This document shows positions 25,001 through 37,138 of a stretch of 64,000 nucleotides of DNA, one piece after another (the first letter of the stretch is position 1; each line of letters starts with the position of its first letter). The translations under genes were made by a program, and so were the position numbers. Source of the stretch: Ostrea edulis (taxonomy: Eukaryota); assembly GCF_947568905.1 (NCBI RefSeq), contig NC_079169.1, positions 52,762,001-52,826,000 on the forward strand, in the 5' to 3' direction. Below the pieces are notes generated by a model. The model was not told the DNA's origin and did no database searches. It saw only the letters and a program-made list of their open reading frames with translations.

Positions 25001-26773
25001 TTTCCTGAAAAAGAATTCTAGACTATTTAATTTCTAATATGAAAATCATGAAAGTGACAGCTGTTTTATACGTTTGAGAGAAATTGTAACTGAAATTCCC
25101 TTTCAGAAATGTGATAGAAAGCTCCAAGTGTTATTAATCACACGGTTGTTCAAATCCTAAGTGGATGAGATATGCTGAAGACATTACCATATATAATGAA
25201 TATTCCAATATAATTCTAATCTATGATTTTGACCCACCTGGACAACAGACTCCCACAGCCCCGGTGGTTGTACACTTATAACCATATGGACAGGAGTAGG
25301 CTTTGGAACACTTGAAAAGTCCGCCACTTCTGGTCACATAAGGGGTACTTACTTTACAGGGGTTCTGAGCTATTCAAAACACAAAAGTGCTTCAGTTTCA
25401 ATACACAGAGAAGAATGGCTGGTGTGGAAAAACACACCAATTCTAAACAGATGTATAATATACATTATTTTATGAAAATGAAGTCTTTTTCGGGCTCGAG
25501 CAATTAAAGGCCTTGTTTCTGAATTGGAAGACAACACCATGACATCTTGTAATGCTTCTTTTGAATCAGTGTTCATGAAAGCATCAATATCAATGTAAAT
25601 ATTTCTTCGACACGACCTCCCACGAAAACAACGACATCAATGTATAATATTCGGTTACCACAAGACGATACACCCAAGATACCCCCGACAATGGATTGTT
25701 GTTACATACCAGCACAGCAGATTCCCTTGCTACACACAAATCCATCAGGACAACCGTTCCTGTTTCTACACCGCACGGTCAGTCCGTAGCGGTCAGTCAG
25801 GGCGCCATATTTACACGCATTCCGGGATTCTGAAATAGACAATAGTTACATCTGAGATATAGTTAGGACAGTCAGAGCGCCATATTTACACGCATACCGG
25901 GATTCTGAAATAGACAATAGTTACATCTGAGATATAGTTAGGACAGTCAGGGCGCCATATTTACACGCATTCCGGGATTCTGAAATAGACAATAGTTACA
26001 TCTGAGATATAGTTAGGACAGTCAGAGCGCCATATTTACACGCATACCGGGATTCTGAAATAGACAATAGTTACATCTGAGATATAGTTAGGACAGTCAG
26101 GGCGCCATATTTACACGCATACCGGGATTCTGAAAAAGACAATAGTTATATCTGAGATATAGTTGGGACTATCAGAGCGCCATATTTACACATAATGAAA
26201 TTCCGAAATAGAGGAGGTTTAGTTCAGACTGTCAAAGCGTCATGTTTACACACATACCGGGATTCTGAAATAGACAATAGTTAAATCTTGTTTCCAAGGA
26301 TGCTGTTTTTAAAAATTAATTTCATTTTATTTGTTGTTTTGTCTTTTTTCGAAATGTCACAAGTTATGACTGGACTAAATTCTATGTATTTGATAGAAAC
26401 ATACTAATAAACGACAAATAAATATTTTTGTACCACTATGTCGAGAAAATTTTGACAAAGTTTAAGCTAAAATCTATGCACGAAGAATTAGGATGCAGGA
26501 TACCGGTAAATCTGTACTTATTCTGTTTAAATATTCTATATTTTATGTACGAATTAATAGGATACCGGTAAATCTGTATTTATCCTGTTTAAATGATCTA
26601 TATTTCAGCAGAAATGTCCACTTCTGCTGAAGATTGTATAGTCTAAAAAAAAAAACCATTGACGAAGTACTCATGGGAATATACAACGCTCAGTAACCTA
26701 ACAACACATCACCAATTTTACCTGCCACTCCCACAAAGACTGCCAGGGCGAGGATAGCTCCCAGGGTCCTCAT
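22027..26773 (-). CDS. Secreted Cys/Pro/Lys/Tyr-rich repeat protein B (about 1093 aa), tandem paralogue of A
   Basis: Exons (minus) 26773-26722 (MRTLGAILALAVFVGVA), 25829-25710 (RNACKYGALTDRYG..CRNRNGCPDGFVCSKGICC), 25369-25238 (NPCKVSTP..CSKAYSCPYGYKC..GVCCP) and 25004-22027 (24 repeats). All introns are phase 1, matching the architecture of A. Confidence 0.9.
25794..26283. repeat. 75-bp minisatellite, about 7 copies, containing the acceptor and first 36 nt of gene B exon 2
   Basis: CAGTCAG recurs at 25794, 25869, 25944, 26019, 26094, with degenerate copies at 26169 and 26229. Confidence 0.95.
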
Positions 26774-29700
26774 TTTGCCATTCTAGCAAATCTCCTCCCG
26801 GTGACCGTTTTTATAACCCCAGCAATCAATCGTGTATTTGATTACGTTGTAGAACAGGGAAACTGTGGGATTTTTACTTGTCCGTGGTATATACGATTAG
26901 ATATTCTTTCAACTGTACTACACAGATGGGGATGTTGAGACCTTGTTAGACCGATTAATAGGGACTGGAAACAACGTATAGGTAATGGAGCAAGAACTGC
27001 AATGTAAACTATATTTACACAGAATCTGGTAATGAGATTTGTAGCAGGTAATGTTAACTTGTGGAGTTAGATTAATATCAAATCCAGGAAAGAGAAATTT
27101 CATGGAAAATTGTTATTGCAGAAACCGTATATGTGGGGAATTTCAAACTTTTTGGTGGAATATTAACATATTACAATGAGAAATGACTTTTAAGAAATGT
27201 TCATTTCAAATCGAAATCTATATACACGAGTCGAAGGTTGTGCTGTTCTGGTGCAATTTAAAGGGTTTTATTTTATTACGTGTAAGTTGTTAAAAAAAGG
27301 AAAAGGACAACAAAATAGGCCTATTTAATAAATATTATTTGCCAAAAGCATATCATGTTCGTCTCAAGGCCAAATTCGTTATGTTGTGGTTAATGTCATT
27401 CATCCTTTGTGTTTGCGTTTTAGAAGATATTACAGAGTGATAATCATGTACTTTAAAGAATAAACATGGTAGGATAACTGTTTTGCTTTCAATATTAACA
27501 GTTCCCAATCACTCCTAAAACTCTCTTGTAATCAGTTACACATAAGGGGGTCGGATATGAAAATTGATGCACAATTCTAAACGAAAACGAGAATTTTGCC
27601 AGCCGTCAACTCGATGATGAGGGACTGTAACATAAAGCACCTTAAATGACCAGGTCATTCTGACAACCTCAAGGATCACCGATTAACGATTGCTGGTACG
27701 TAGAAGCTGACGACATTGGGACACCGTTTAATCCGGAGAAAATAATTCATTTTACAATTTTCAGCCCATTTGGCTCAGTAGTCTGAAATGGTTCCCATAT
27801 CATAGAGATTCATAGTAGAAAAACAATTATCTGCACGCTCATTGACTAAATCATCACCTCCTCAAATTCTATAAGGCATGATATATAATATGTACACATG
27901 TTACCAGTCACTTACAAATCTTCCTACATTGCGTCAATCGGCTTCAACATCCTTATATAGTAAAACACGCTTATAACGAACACCCTTAAAACGAATTCGC
28001 GCTTATTGCGAAGTGATATTTATTCCCCTATGAAAGCAATAACGAAAAATCAATATATGCACCCAGGGGTGCATGAGCCGAGTTGCATGGGATACATTTT
28101 AAAGTCAGGAATGATGTGGCATATTTATAATTGTGAAGAACTAATTTCAGTTTTAAACTTTTCGAGTCACTGTCCAGAAACCATATTTGTCTAAAGTTTT
28201 CAATCTATTTTCGGTCACTGTGACCTTGACCTTTAACTTTTTTCCTCCAAAATCAATAGGGGCCTGCATTTTGTAACTATATAAGGTAATCCTTTGAAAG
28301 TTTTCAATTTCAAAATCTTTTTGTACATATCCTCCACTCTCCAACCATATAAGATTTCTCGGGTGTGTTATTCCCCCTGAAGACATTTGTCAATGGTGAT
28401 ACAAGTACGTTGTTCCTGGATTTCATTGGTTGTCAACCATCATTACTATCTATCGTTCCTCCTTATAAATGTATGTATAGGTAAGGACTAGAGAAGTAAA
28501 GAAGTGGATCGAAATTTTTAAAGTAAAATACATTTAAGCATATACTTTGTAAAACATAAATCTAAAACAAAATTAATCTTCTTAACCCAAAAATCACACA
28601 TTACGTATACCTTCTTGTTTGTTCTATAAAGCATTTTTGTCGTTAATTCAATGTTACTATACGTTGTGCATGTATGCATGCATATGTTCATTAAAAACAG
28701 CGACGGTAATAATTCACATTATGTACATTTGTATATAACGATTGACTTTGAATGTGTAGTTACATGCATGTTTCATCTGTATAGAGAAATTTCTACCACA
28801 CTAACCGATGGTATCGTTATTTTCCTCGCACCTGTTGGCCTTGAGCCTCTGACGATGGTGGTCAGTTTTGACAGTCTTCACGATATCGCAGTGCATTACT
28901 CAGCTTGGGGAATCCCCTTGGTAGATCCAGGAACTAGGTCACCTACAGAAAATGTATACTTGTTTACCATGCACATACTATGCACATTTTCTTGCTTTGA
29001 TAACTTTCAATCAAGAAACCCAGTGGTTTCATTCTTTCTCACAATACACTCGGACTGCGGATCAAACTCTGAATGGTATTTGTGTCCGAGGTTAGGACAC
29101 TTGATTTTTTAAAAACAAACAATGGTTTGATATAAATGCTTATATATTGGGTGGGGTTTTTTTTTGGCTTAGTTTGGATTCGATAAGGACAAATAAAATT
29201 CCTTTTTAAATTTTCTATGCATATGATGTTCAAAAGTTGAACTACATCACCCTCCCTATCTGCCTCTACATATTTCCTCACTTTTTAGGCTTCTTGAGGA
29301 ATCATGAAAATAAGCTATATTCCATACGGTAAATTGTATTCATTTTACTTACAGAATTTTCATTTTTTGAAAAAAAAACTTTGTTCGTAGCAAATGACGA
29401 CGTTTAGATCCAAATGCCCCGTAAAGCAGCTATGATTGTAGTTGCGTCGGAAATCACTGTTCAGAATACGTTTGAAATATGAATGTCATCGAATGCACAT
29501 CTATACCAATATCAAGGAATGTATTTCTGAATTTCATGACAGAAATCCTTTAAGTGTTTACACCAAACGCCCGATGTCAGATAAAAAACCAAACACTTCG
29601 TTCATGCAGGGTTTTTTTCCAACATGATTGAATACATGGTCTGCATATGATGACATCCCTCAGATAAATAGGCGGAATGGCACCGATAGGGGACATGTAT

Positions 29701-29904
29701 TGTCTCTGAAATACTCCCAGAATGCTTGTATTATCTGACATTCATCTTTCAAGAAATATTTATACATATTATGTAGGTTTATGATGTTACGATCGCAACA
29801 TCTAGTACGCTGCCCCACAAGTCATAATGTCATCTTTATATCATTTTATTATGCCCCATGTATTTATCTATTAATCAATATATTTTATGTTTTATTCGAT
29901 ATAT

Positions 29905-30268
29905 CCTTGTGAACTCGAAACCAAAGACACCACAGAGTCGTTCACTTCTGCTTCATACTTAGATATTTTATTGAAAGTAGATATTAACGGCAAAACTAAC
30001 AACTCAACTTTATGACAAACGGAATGATTTTAGCTTCTCCATCGTCAACTTTCCTTATTTATGTAGCAATGTTCCATTATCACCTGCACATGGTGTTCAG
30101 GATATAAGGCTCACAGCGGGTGTGACCGGTCGACAGGGAATGCTTACTCCTCCTAGGCACCCGATGTCACCTCTGGTGTGCCAAATGGGTCTGTGTTTGC
30201 CCAACTATCTATTTTGTATTGCTTATAGGAGTTATGAGATTGATCACTGTTCGTTATCTTCACCTTTC
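29905..30268 (+). mobile_element. Penelope-like fragment
   Basis: KTKDTTES..SASYLDILL..DING..TTQLYDKRNDFSFSIVNFPYL..N followed by the family tail. Confidence 0.75.
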
Positions 30269-30716
30269 ATATAAAAATCTAATCTTTATGATATCTTTAT
30301 ATGTTGAGTTTTATGGTTTTGAAATCTGTATTTACTATTATATGCATATATGTTTTTATCAACTATTTTGTATAGTTACGAGTTCAGTGATGCGTAAAGC
30401 AGTTGGCAGTATTTAGCTCGATGCCTAATCAATATTCAGGAGGGTCACGTGTCGTCTGACGTAACACTGAAAACGATAAGTGCAAATTTTTCTTTATGTT
30501 TGAAATGTACAAAATATTAAAAGCTAACTGTAAATTTTCTTAAAATATTTTGACTTTACGTAACATGAATGTATATGTTTCCATAATCAAGCGCCTTAAA
30601 GGAGGTGAGATTAATCATGTTTTTGTTGTCATTACTAAGGGAAATGACGGTCGCGCGTCATTTAATTGTCTTACAACGCTGGCAACTTCCCATATCCTTA
30701 ATAATGGAAACAAATG

Positions 30717-30875
30717 CACACTTCATTGTTTACATACCAGTCAAAATTTAACAAATGAACACTTTATTGTTTACATATCAGTCAAAATTTAACAAATCCA
30801 CACTTTATTGTTTACATATCAGTCAAAATTTAACAAATCCACACATCATTGTTTACATATCAGTCAAAATTCAAT
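30717..30875. repeat. About 41-bp tandem repeat, 4 copies
   Basis: TTGTTTACATATCAGTCAAAATTTAACAAAT units. Confidence 0.85.
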
Positions 30876-31233
30876 AAAAATATACATTGCTGTTCTCCAC
30901 GAGAATTTAGATTGGATGGGTGTAACCTTCACCTGCTGGTGGTAAAATTACAGCAGATTAGGTTTGTTATCTTATCATATGTCCGTCCTTAAATTTCCCG
31001 CCAAAGTTGTTGTCAGCCATGCTATGTTGCCGTGCACGTGGTTTTAAATCATGTTTGTTCTCCAGTCAATTTAATTACTCCTTATGCAATAATGATATCA
31101 CTACGGACACTCTTGTTGGACATTTTGTATTCAGGGTAAGTCGCCATGACAGTGACAGATCCGGAAATAGATGACAAAGTGCAGTAACGAACTACATGTA
31201 CTGCCTTATAAGGAATTATTGCCTGCTGTATAA

Positions 31234-31600
31234 AACTATTGACTACTCTCTCTCACAATAAGTATTAAACTACTAGTATTTACTACTCCCTCACAATGGG
31301 TATGAAATTATTGACTACTCACTCACAATAAGTATCACAGTATTGACTACCCCCTCACAATAAATATTAAACTATTAACTACTCCCTTACAATGAGTATC
31401 AAACTATTGACTACTCATCACTCACAATAAATATTAAACTATTAACTTCTCCCTCACAATGAGTATCAAACTATTGACTACTCCCTCACAATAAATATTA
31501 AATTATTGACTACTCCCTCACAATAAGCATCAAACTATTGACTACTCCCTCACAATGAGTATCAAAATATTGACTACTCCCTCACGATAAAAGTATCAAA
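31234..31600. repeat. About 32-bp minisatellite, about 11 copies
   Basis: ACTATTGACTACTCCCTCACAATAAGTATCAA units. Confidence 0.9.
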
Positions 31601-32183
31601 CTTGGCGCACTTGTTTCATCGCCCGGGTCAAGCCGGTTGATACTTCCGGAAGCGGGTAAGTAACTTGTTTCAAGTATTTTTAAGCCGCCGGTCGACCGAA
31701 AAGTAGCCCGGATCGCCCGATAAATTTAGAGCGGGCACATGGAAAACAATATGGCGAAAAATAGAGATAAACATTTTCTGCTCGTTATTCATCCATTTTT
31801 CATTCATTAAAAGAGTTTAAATTTCAATTAGCATAAAGTAGTGAGGTAAGAGGTAAGTTTATTGACATTTTCGTTTCCGAATGCTGGATGATACGATCAA
31901 CACCGCTTCTCTGTGGGAGTTACAGCCCAGTCTGCAGTGTTTGTGAGCAAAATGTTTGAATATAAAACTGATTATCAATTATGATTTTTAAACTTACATG
32001 GGTTAAATTTTATGAAATCTGTTTTGCAGATGTTCTTTGAAAAATACATAATTTTTGTTTTTACATTTTGATATATATTCGGCCGATTTCCCACTCGTTT
32101 CGCAAGACAAACCGGGTCACAATGTCATGTGATAAACGTGAACCGGGTCGTCGCCCGGATTTCTGAAACAAGTGCGCCCAGTG
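31601..32183. mobile_element. Probable MITE with (CAC)TGGGCGCACTTGTTTCA ends
   Basis: 18-bp inverted match; the left end abuts a minisatellite and no TSD is seen. Confidence 0.45.
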
Positions 32184-32914
32184 ACGTTCAGCGTGTCTGT
32201 TCGTACGAAGAACATATTTGTGGTCTGTAATGGCATCACTGATCAAAGGACCCTCACGCAAGGACCAGCTATGGAAAAAACCACAACAGATCTGGAAAGG
32301 AACAACCAATAAAATCCGCTCATGTTGAAATGACCCCCCCCCCCCCCCCCAAAAAAAATAAATAACCATGACGATTACAGACTCTGAAAGGGCTACTTGT
32401 ACAGACCTTGAAATGGCTACTTGTACAGATCCTAAAAGGGCTACTTGTAGCTATTATGGGTGAAGAAAATGATTAACAGCACATATTTGAATTATGCGAC
32501 GGCATGCAATCTAAAATTACCTTAATATTATGTATTTATATACATATATATGTTTTCCACATACAGGGCTTTCAATTGATAACGTAAAATATTTAAAAAA
32601 TTCCAGCATCGCTTTCATAACGAAACAGTAAGTTGACCCCAAACTACATCAACAAATACTGAATATTTGGTTGTCGAAGAGTAGAGATCTTAATGGATTG
32701 GCGAATCCAACATTTCCCATTTTTTATCATGCAAATAACACCATCTGACGTTCTGCACAAACAAATACTGAACATATCTTAGATCTAACACACTGTCTGG
32801 GAAATCCCCGGGTATTCCGACCCATAACTGATCCCTCTGTGCCCAGGATTAACAAAAACACGCACCCAAGCGTCACCAAATTCACTGCGTAGCTTAACAA
32901 TTCTAATTGCATTC

Positions 32915-33065
32915 AGACTGATTCACAATTTTAATTTCATTTACACTGCTTCACAATTTTAATTAAATTTAAACTGATTCATAATTTTGATTTCATTTAC
33001 ACTGCTTCACAATTTTAATTTCATTTACACTGCTTCACAATTTCAATTACACTGCTTCACAATTG
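32915..33065. repeat. About 28-bp tandem repeat
   Basis: ACTGCTTCACAATTTTAATTTCATTTAC units. Confidence 0.75.
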
Positions 33066-33469
33066 TAAAAAGTTGAATAACATGCATTGTAAGAGCTTAT
33101 TCTGAGGTGAACGTAAGCCTATGTTGTATTGTATTGTTCACTGACCAAGAACCATACAGTTCATAGGTATAAAGTATATACAACAACAAACCATACAATG
33201 AAATAGTAACAGAACATAATATATCATACTGATGCACATAGACAAGATAGATACTGAGGATAATCTTATAACAACTGAGATCTAATAGATGAACATTTAT
33301 ATAGGTATTTACCAAGTTTACATAATTCCGTAATATTTCCAGTTGATAATAGTTGGACAAGCTTGAAAGTGGAGGGGTGTTTATAACAATATTTCTTTAA
33401 ATACTGTTTTCTACAATCATTATAAAAATGACATACTAATATAAAATGATATTCATCTTCAATACCCTC

Positions 33470-33815
33470 TTAACATAATTTACATTTTCTTTCATTTCTT
33501 GGAATATTGTTAAATCTACCTTGTTCAATTTCTAATCTATGTGAGAATAATCGGTATTTACTAATTTTTTGAACATACATATTTGGAGCAGATTTTGTAA
33601 GATACAAATGTAATTTAAAACCTTCATTGACATATTTATATAAGTTACATTTTGGCGACGTCTCAAAACCACTATTAATTTCTTGTACATGTATAAACAC
33701 ATCTTGTGGTCTTTGTTTTACTTCAGATAAAAATTTGTTTTCATTTATATCATAAGTACAATTCCATACATATCCAAATCCTAAAGAATATAATAAATGT
33801 CGTAACGTAACTAGA
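33470..33815 (-). mobile_element. 3' fragment of a non-LTR retrotransposon ORF2 (L2/CR1-group-like C-terminus)
   Basis: LLYSLGFGYVW...SPKCNLYKY..F....YL...ISKYRLFSHRLEIEQGRFNNIPRNERKCKLC matches the typical post-RT Cys-motif tail. Confidence 0.75.
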
Positions 33816-36369
33816 AGAAAAGAAAAAGTAATCTTCAGAGCTGTGTTTACCTTGCCTGTAATTGATGTGTACATATAATATGTATATAAATAAGACACCA
33901 TACACATGTATCTATATAAAACTAGTATGTATATTAATATGTTAATTGATGTATACATATAAAAACATCATATATCTATATAACACTAGTCTACGTATTA
34001 ATATTTAATATTCCACGCATTATTTAAGATATTTTCACGACAACAGAACCGCTTGTCGCCGCTCGGTGTGGACCCACCAGACGACCTATTTCCTCGTACG
34101 CGGTGTCCATATACATTTAATGAGGAGTGCAGCACGTGCGTTTTTTGTTACCTGGCTTCGGACACCCACGCGCATAATACTGTCGTGTTTTCTCATTTCC
34201 ATGGCCAAACTAACGTTCTGAGATGTGAAATTAATGATCAGGTACATCGGTACTATACACAGATGACGGTGTGCCGGATCTGCGATGAGAAAGTCCGGAA
34301 ATACATTGAACCCGAATTAATTAAAGTCCTTGAAGAACGCCTCTAAAATCCGGCTACAAGTTAAATTCCACATTTTTCTTCATTCTTAAGAATTGTAATT
34401 AATTATCTGTTTAGTGCTCCTGTACTAAGATATTTTAATAAACCAATACTGAATGAACTTAAAGTAAAGATTTTTGTCATTAAAATAAAGGAAAAACCGT
34501 GTTAATTTTAACGCGAGACAAATCTACGTATAATTATTTATTCGTGCCCATTTTAATATATATATATATATATATATACGAGCGTGCACCGGTATCATAC
34601 AGATACACAATTTACTTTTAAGCCCTTTCAAAATTTTACTAGAAGTTTCATTGTATTCCATTCAATACTCTTTCACGTAGAATTTCAAAGAGTTTTGATA
34701 TTTGACCTTTATACTTATTTTTCAATAATGATTTAGAAATGATGGCGAATTAACACAGAGAAATATTTCCAATTTTCACTATGTAATATAAAATAATACG
34801 ATACAATTTTGGTTAGACTTCAGACTTCTAAGAAAATGAAACTTCCTAGTGAACATCCATGGCAGTGGCATTTATGAAAAAAAAAATCATATCTGTTGAG
34901 CGATTGACTTAATCTTCATTTCGAGCATTCGACATATTACCTCGTATATTCGACACAATTATCTGGTGCGGTTGAGATGTCATCTCGTTCGCTCGACTTG
35001 ATATTTCGATTGTTCATGTGCAGGAGATATATGAGCTAGAGCTCTCGACATATACATCACTACTCAATAATGTACCACCTTATGAATGAGAGGCACGATG
35101 AATACACTTTATCTTTAAAAATACATGAGGATATGAATTGCGACGCTTCACGCCGGCGTACTTCGATCTTAAAGCGCGTTAACATTTCATGAAAATATGT
35201 CAGCGAAAAGTGTTGCAGTTCATACCCTCGTGTATTTTCAAAAAATGTTTATGATTTATATTTACGTTCTACTTTCATTTCGGTCGGAATTCCCAGTCGT
35301 TAAAATAGACGAACTATATTTATCAAGATTGAAGCGTGCATTGTTCACAACTCAGCGCATTCATGAGGAGATGCCTATCATTATAATTTGTAAAGATATC
35401 AAAGGCAACAACAATGAAAATGTTAATAGTTGTATTCAGGTCAAAGAGCAGTATCCAGAGATATGCTTTATTGCCATATATATACTTATTCCGTATATTA
35501 TATCTATCTTTATAATCACTGAAAATTACTTTTGACAGAAACAACTGAAATTTTTTGAAAATAAGGAATAAATGTCCGAGTCGTTTGTATTTTGAGTATA
35601 TAAACACAGTGGAAGTATTGGGGGTAATTTCTGCCGATTATAAAAAAGAAATAGGACCGTACTTCAATTGTTTTATAACATAATATAAACACCCAAGACA
35701 TTCATTTTTTAATCAAAGTGTCATGTTTCGATCCCGTGTTTTAAACATGAAAAGTACAGTCCAAATTGTCTACTTCGACACCTAAATAATCACTGGGTAT
35801 TCTGACTCTTATTTGCATGATTTCATTGTATTCCGACACATTGTATTTTTTCGACAAAATTGTTGTCTCCCACTGCCTGCCAGATTAGACATGTTTTCAA
35901 TTCTTTGAAGTTGCTTATTCTGCAGATTTATAACGATTACATTCACAGTTCTGTCGCTATACGGAATATTTATGTGATCCCACATACATACAAATACAGT
36001 ACTTTTGTAGTTATGGCGGATTATACAATGTACTATAATTAATGATAAACTAAACATCAGAATTAGATAGAATACAAGTCAATCACTCGGGGTGTGTGCT
36101 CGAGATATAATAAATTGATCGCTCGACAAAGATTTTGTCGTGTGTCCCAAGTAAACCATCGAATATCGATACTTTAAAAAAAAAAAAACTTCTATCTTTT
36201 TTAGAATAAAAAAAAATGATGTTAAAGAAAATCAAACAAGTGCTTTTATAAAAATCAGTTTTCTATGAAACTTATAGTAGTGCATGAAAGTGTTTATCTC
36301 CATTGATGTTATATCGACTTTGTAGATCCGACACTTCTGGATATTAGAACGACGGTATCCAATGCTGTG

Positions 36370-36409
<40 letters not shown>

Positions 36410-37079
36410 CTATCGACATGAAATTGGAGGTAAACAATGACTCATAACCATTTGTCGTTTGCGCTGACATTGCATGAACAACCCCGAGGGTTCAATTTTC
36501 ACATATTTGCATTGATATAAACATTTCCATCCCAAATTAATATTTCTAATTGAGATTTCTTTTGTGCCGGTGTGAATGAAAACACAATATGCTTGATTGT
36601 CCCTGATGTTAACTTTACACTATAACATGCATTCTCTTTGACCCCAAATCTTCCAACTACTGCTGTAACGACAAGCATTGAGTAGATGACCTAAGATTCC
36701 ACAGGTGAAACAAAATTATTTTGATTTAAATTAAATTTAGTTTTTAATTATTTGATAATCTGACCAAAATACACCAGTAAATTGTCCTAATGTCCAAGAA
36801 ATTAATGTTACTCATGATCATGGAATTTAATTGAATCCATGCATTTAATTTAAGTATTAGTCATAGTATTTCTTAATTAAAAGAGCAAAGGACGTGTTAC
36901 CTATCATACCTTAATCGTGATTATAATTAGAACATACAACATAGAATACGTCATCCGGCTGGTTTACGTGGTCGGAATCCCCGAATTCCCGGACGCTGAT
37001 TGGTTAATTAATTATTTACTCGTGTTTTCTGACGGACGTTTACATCTATCATCATAAACCTCCCGCTCCCACAAACCTG

Positions 37080-37113
37080 TATATATACCTACTGCAGGGC
37101 GCCTCTGTCAGTC
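37080..37113 (+). promoter_or_regulatory. TATA box and initiator of gene C
   Basis: TATATATA at 37080-37087 lies 30 nt upstream of the Inr-like TCAGTC (A at 37110), which is 29 nt before the ATG. Confidence 0.6.
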
Positions 37114-37138
37114 AAACAGCGACAGCGATCAGAGAACC

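Noticed and set aside
22042-25008. Numerous plus-strand and alternate-frame ORFs over genes A, B and C (e.g. 24304-25008)
   Set aside because: Shadows of the biased Cys/Pro/Lys codon pattern of the true frames.
25794-26283. CRISPR-like appearance of regular repeats (also 31234, 40625, 56295)
   Set aside because: Head-to-tail units with no unique spacers, no cas genes, and a eukaryotic context.
28790-29360. Minus-strand donor (29352) and acceptor (about 28946) as extra exons of gene B
   Set aside because: All frames close quickly; could be UTR or chance signals and cannot be supported without transcripts.
35197-35535. 112-aa ORF
   Set aside because: No recognisable motif, low-complexity AT-rich codons, no consistent exon partners.
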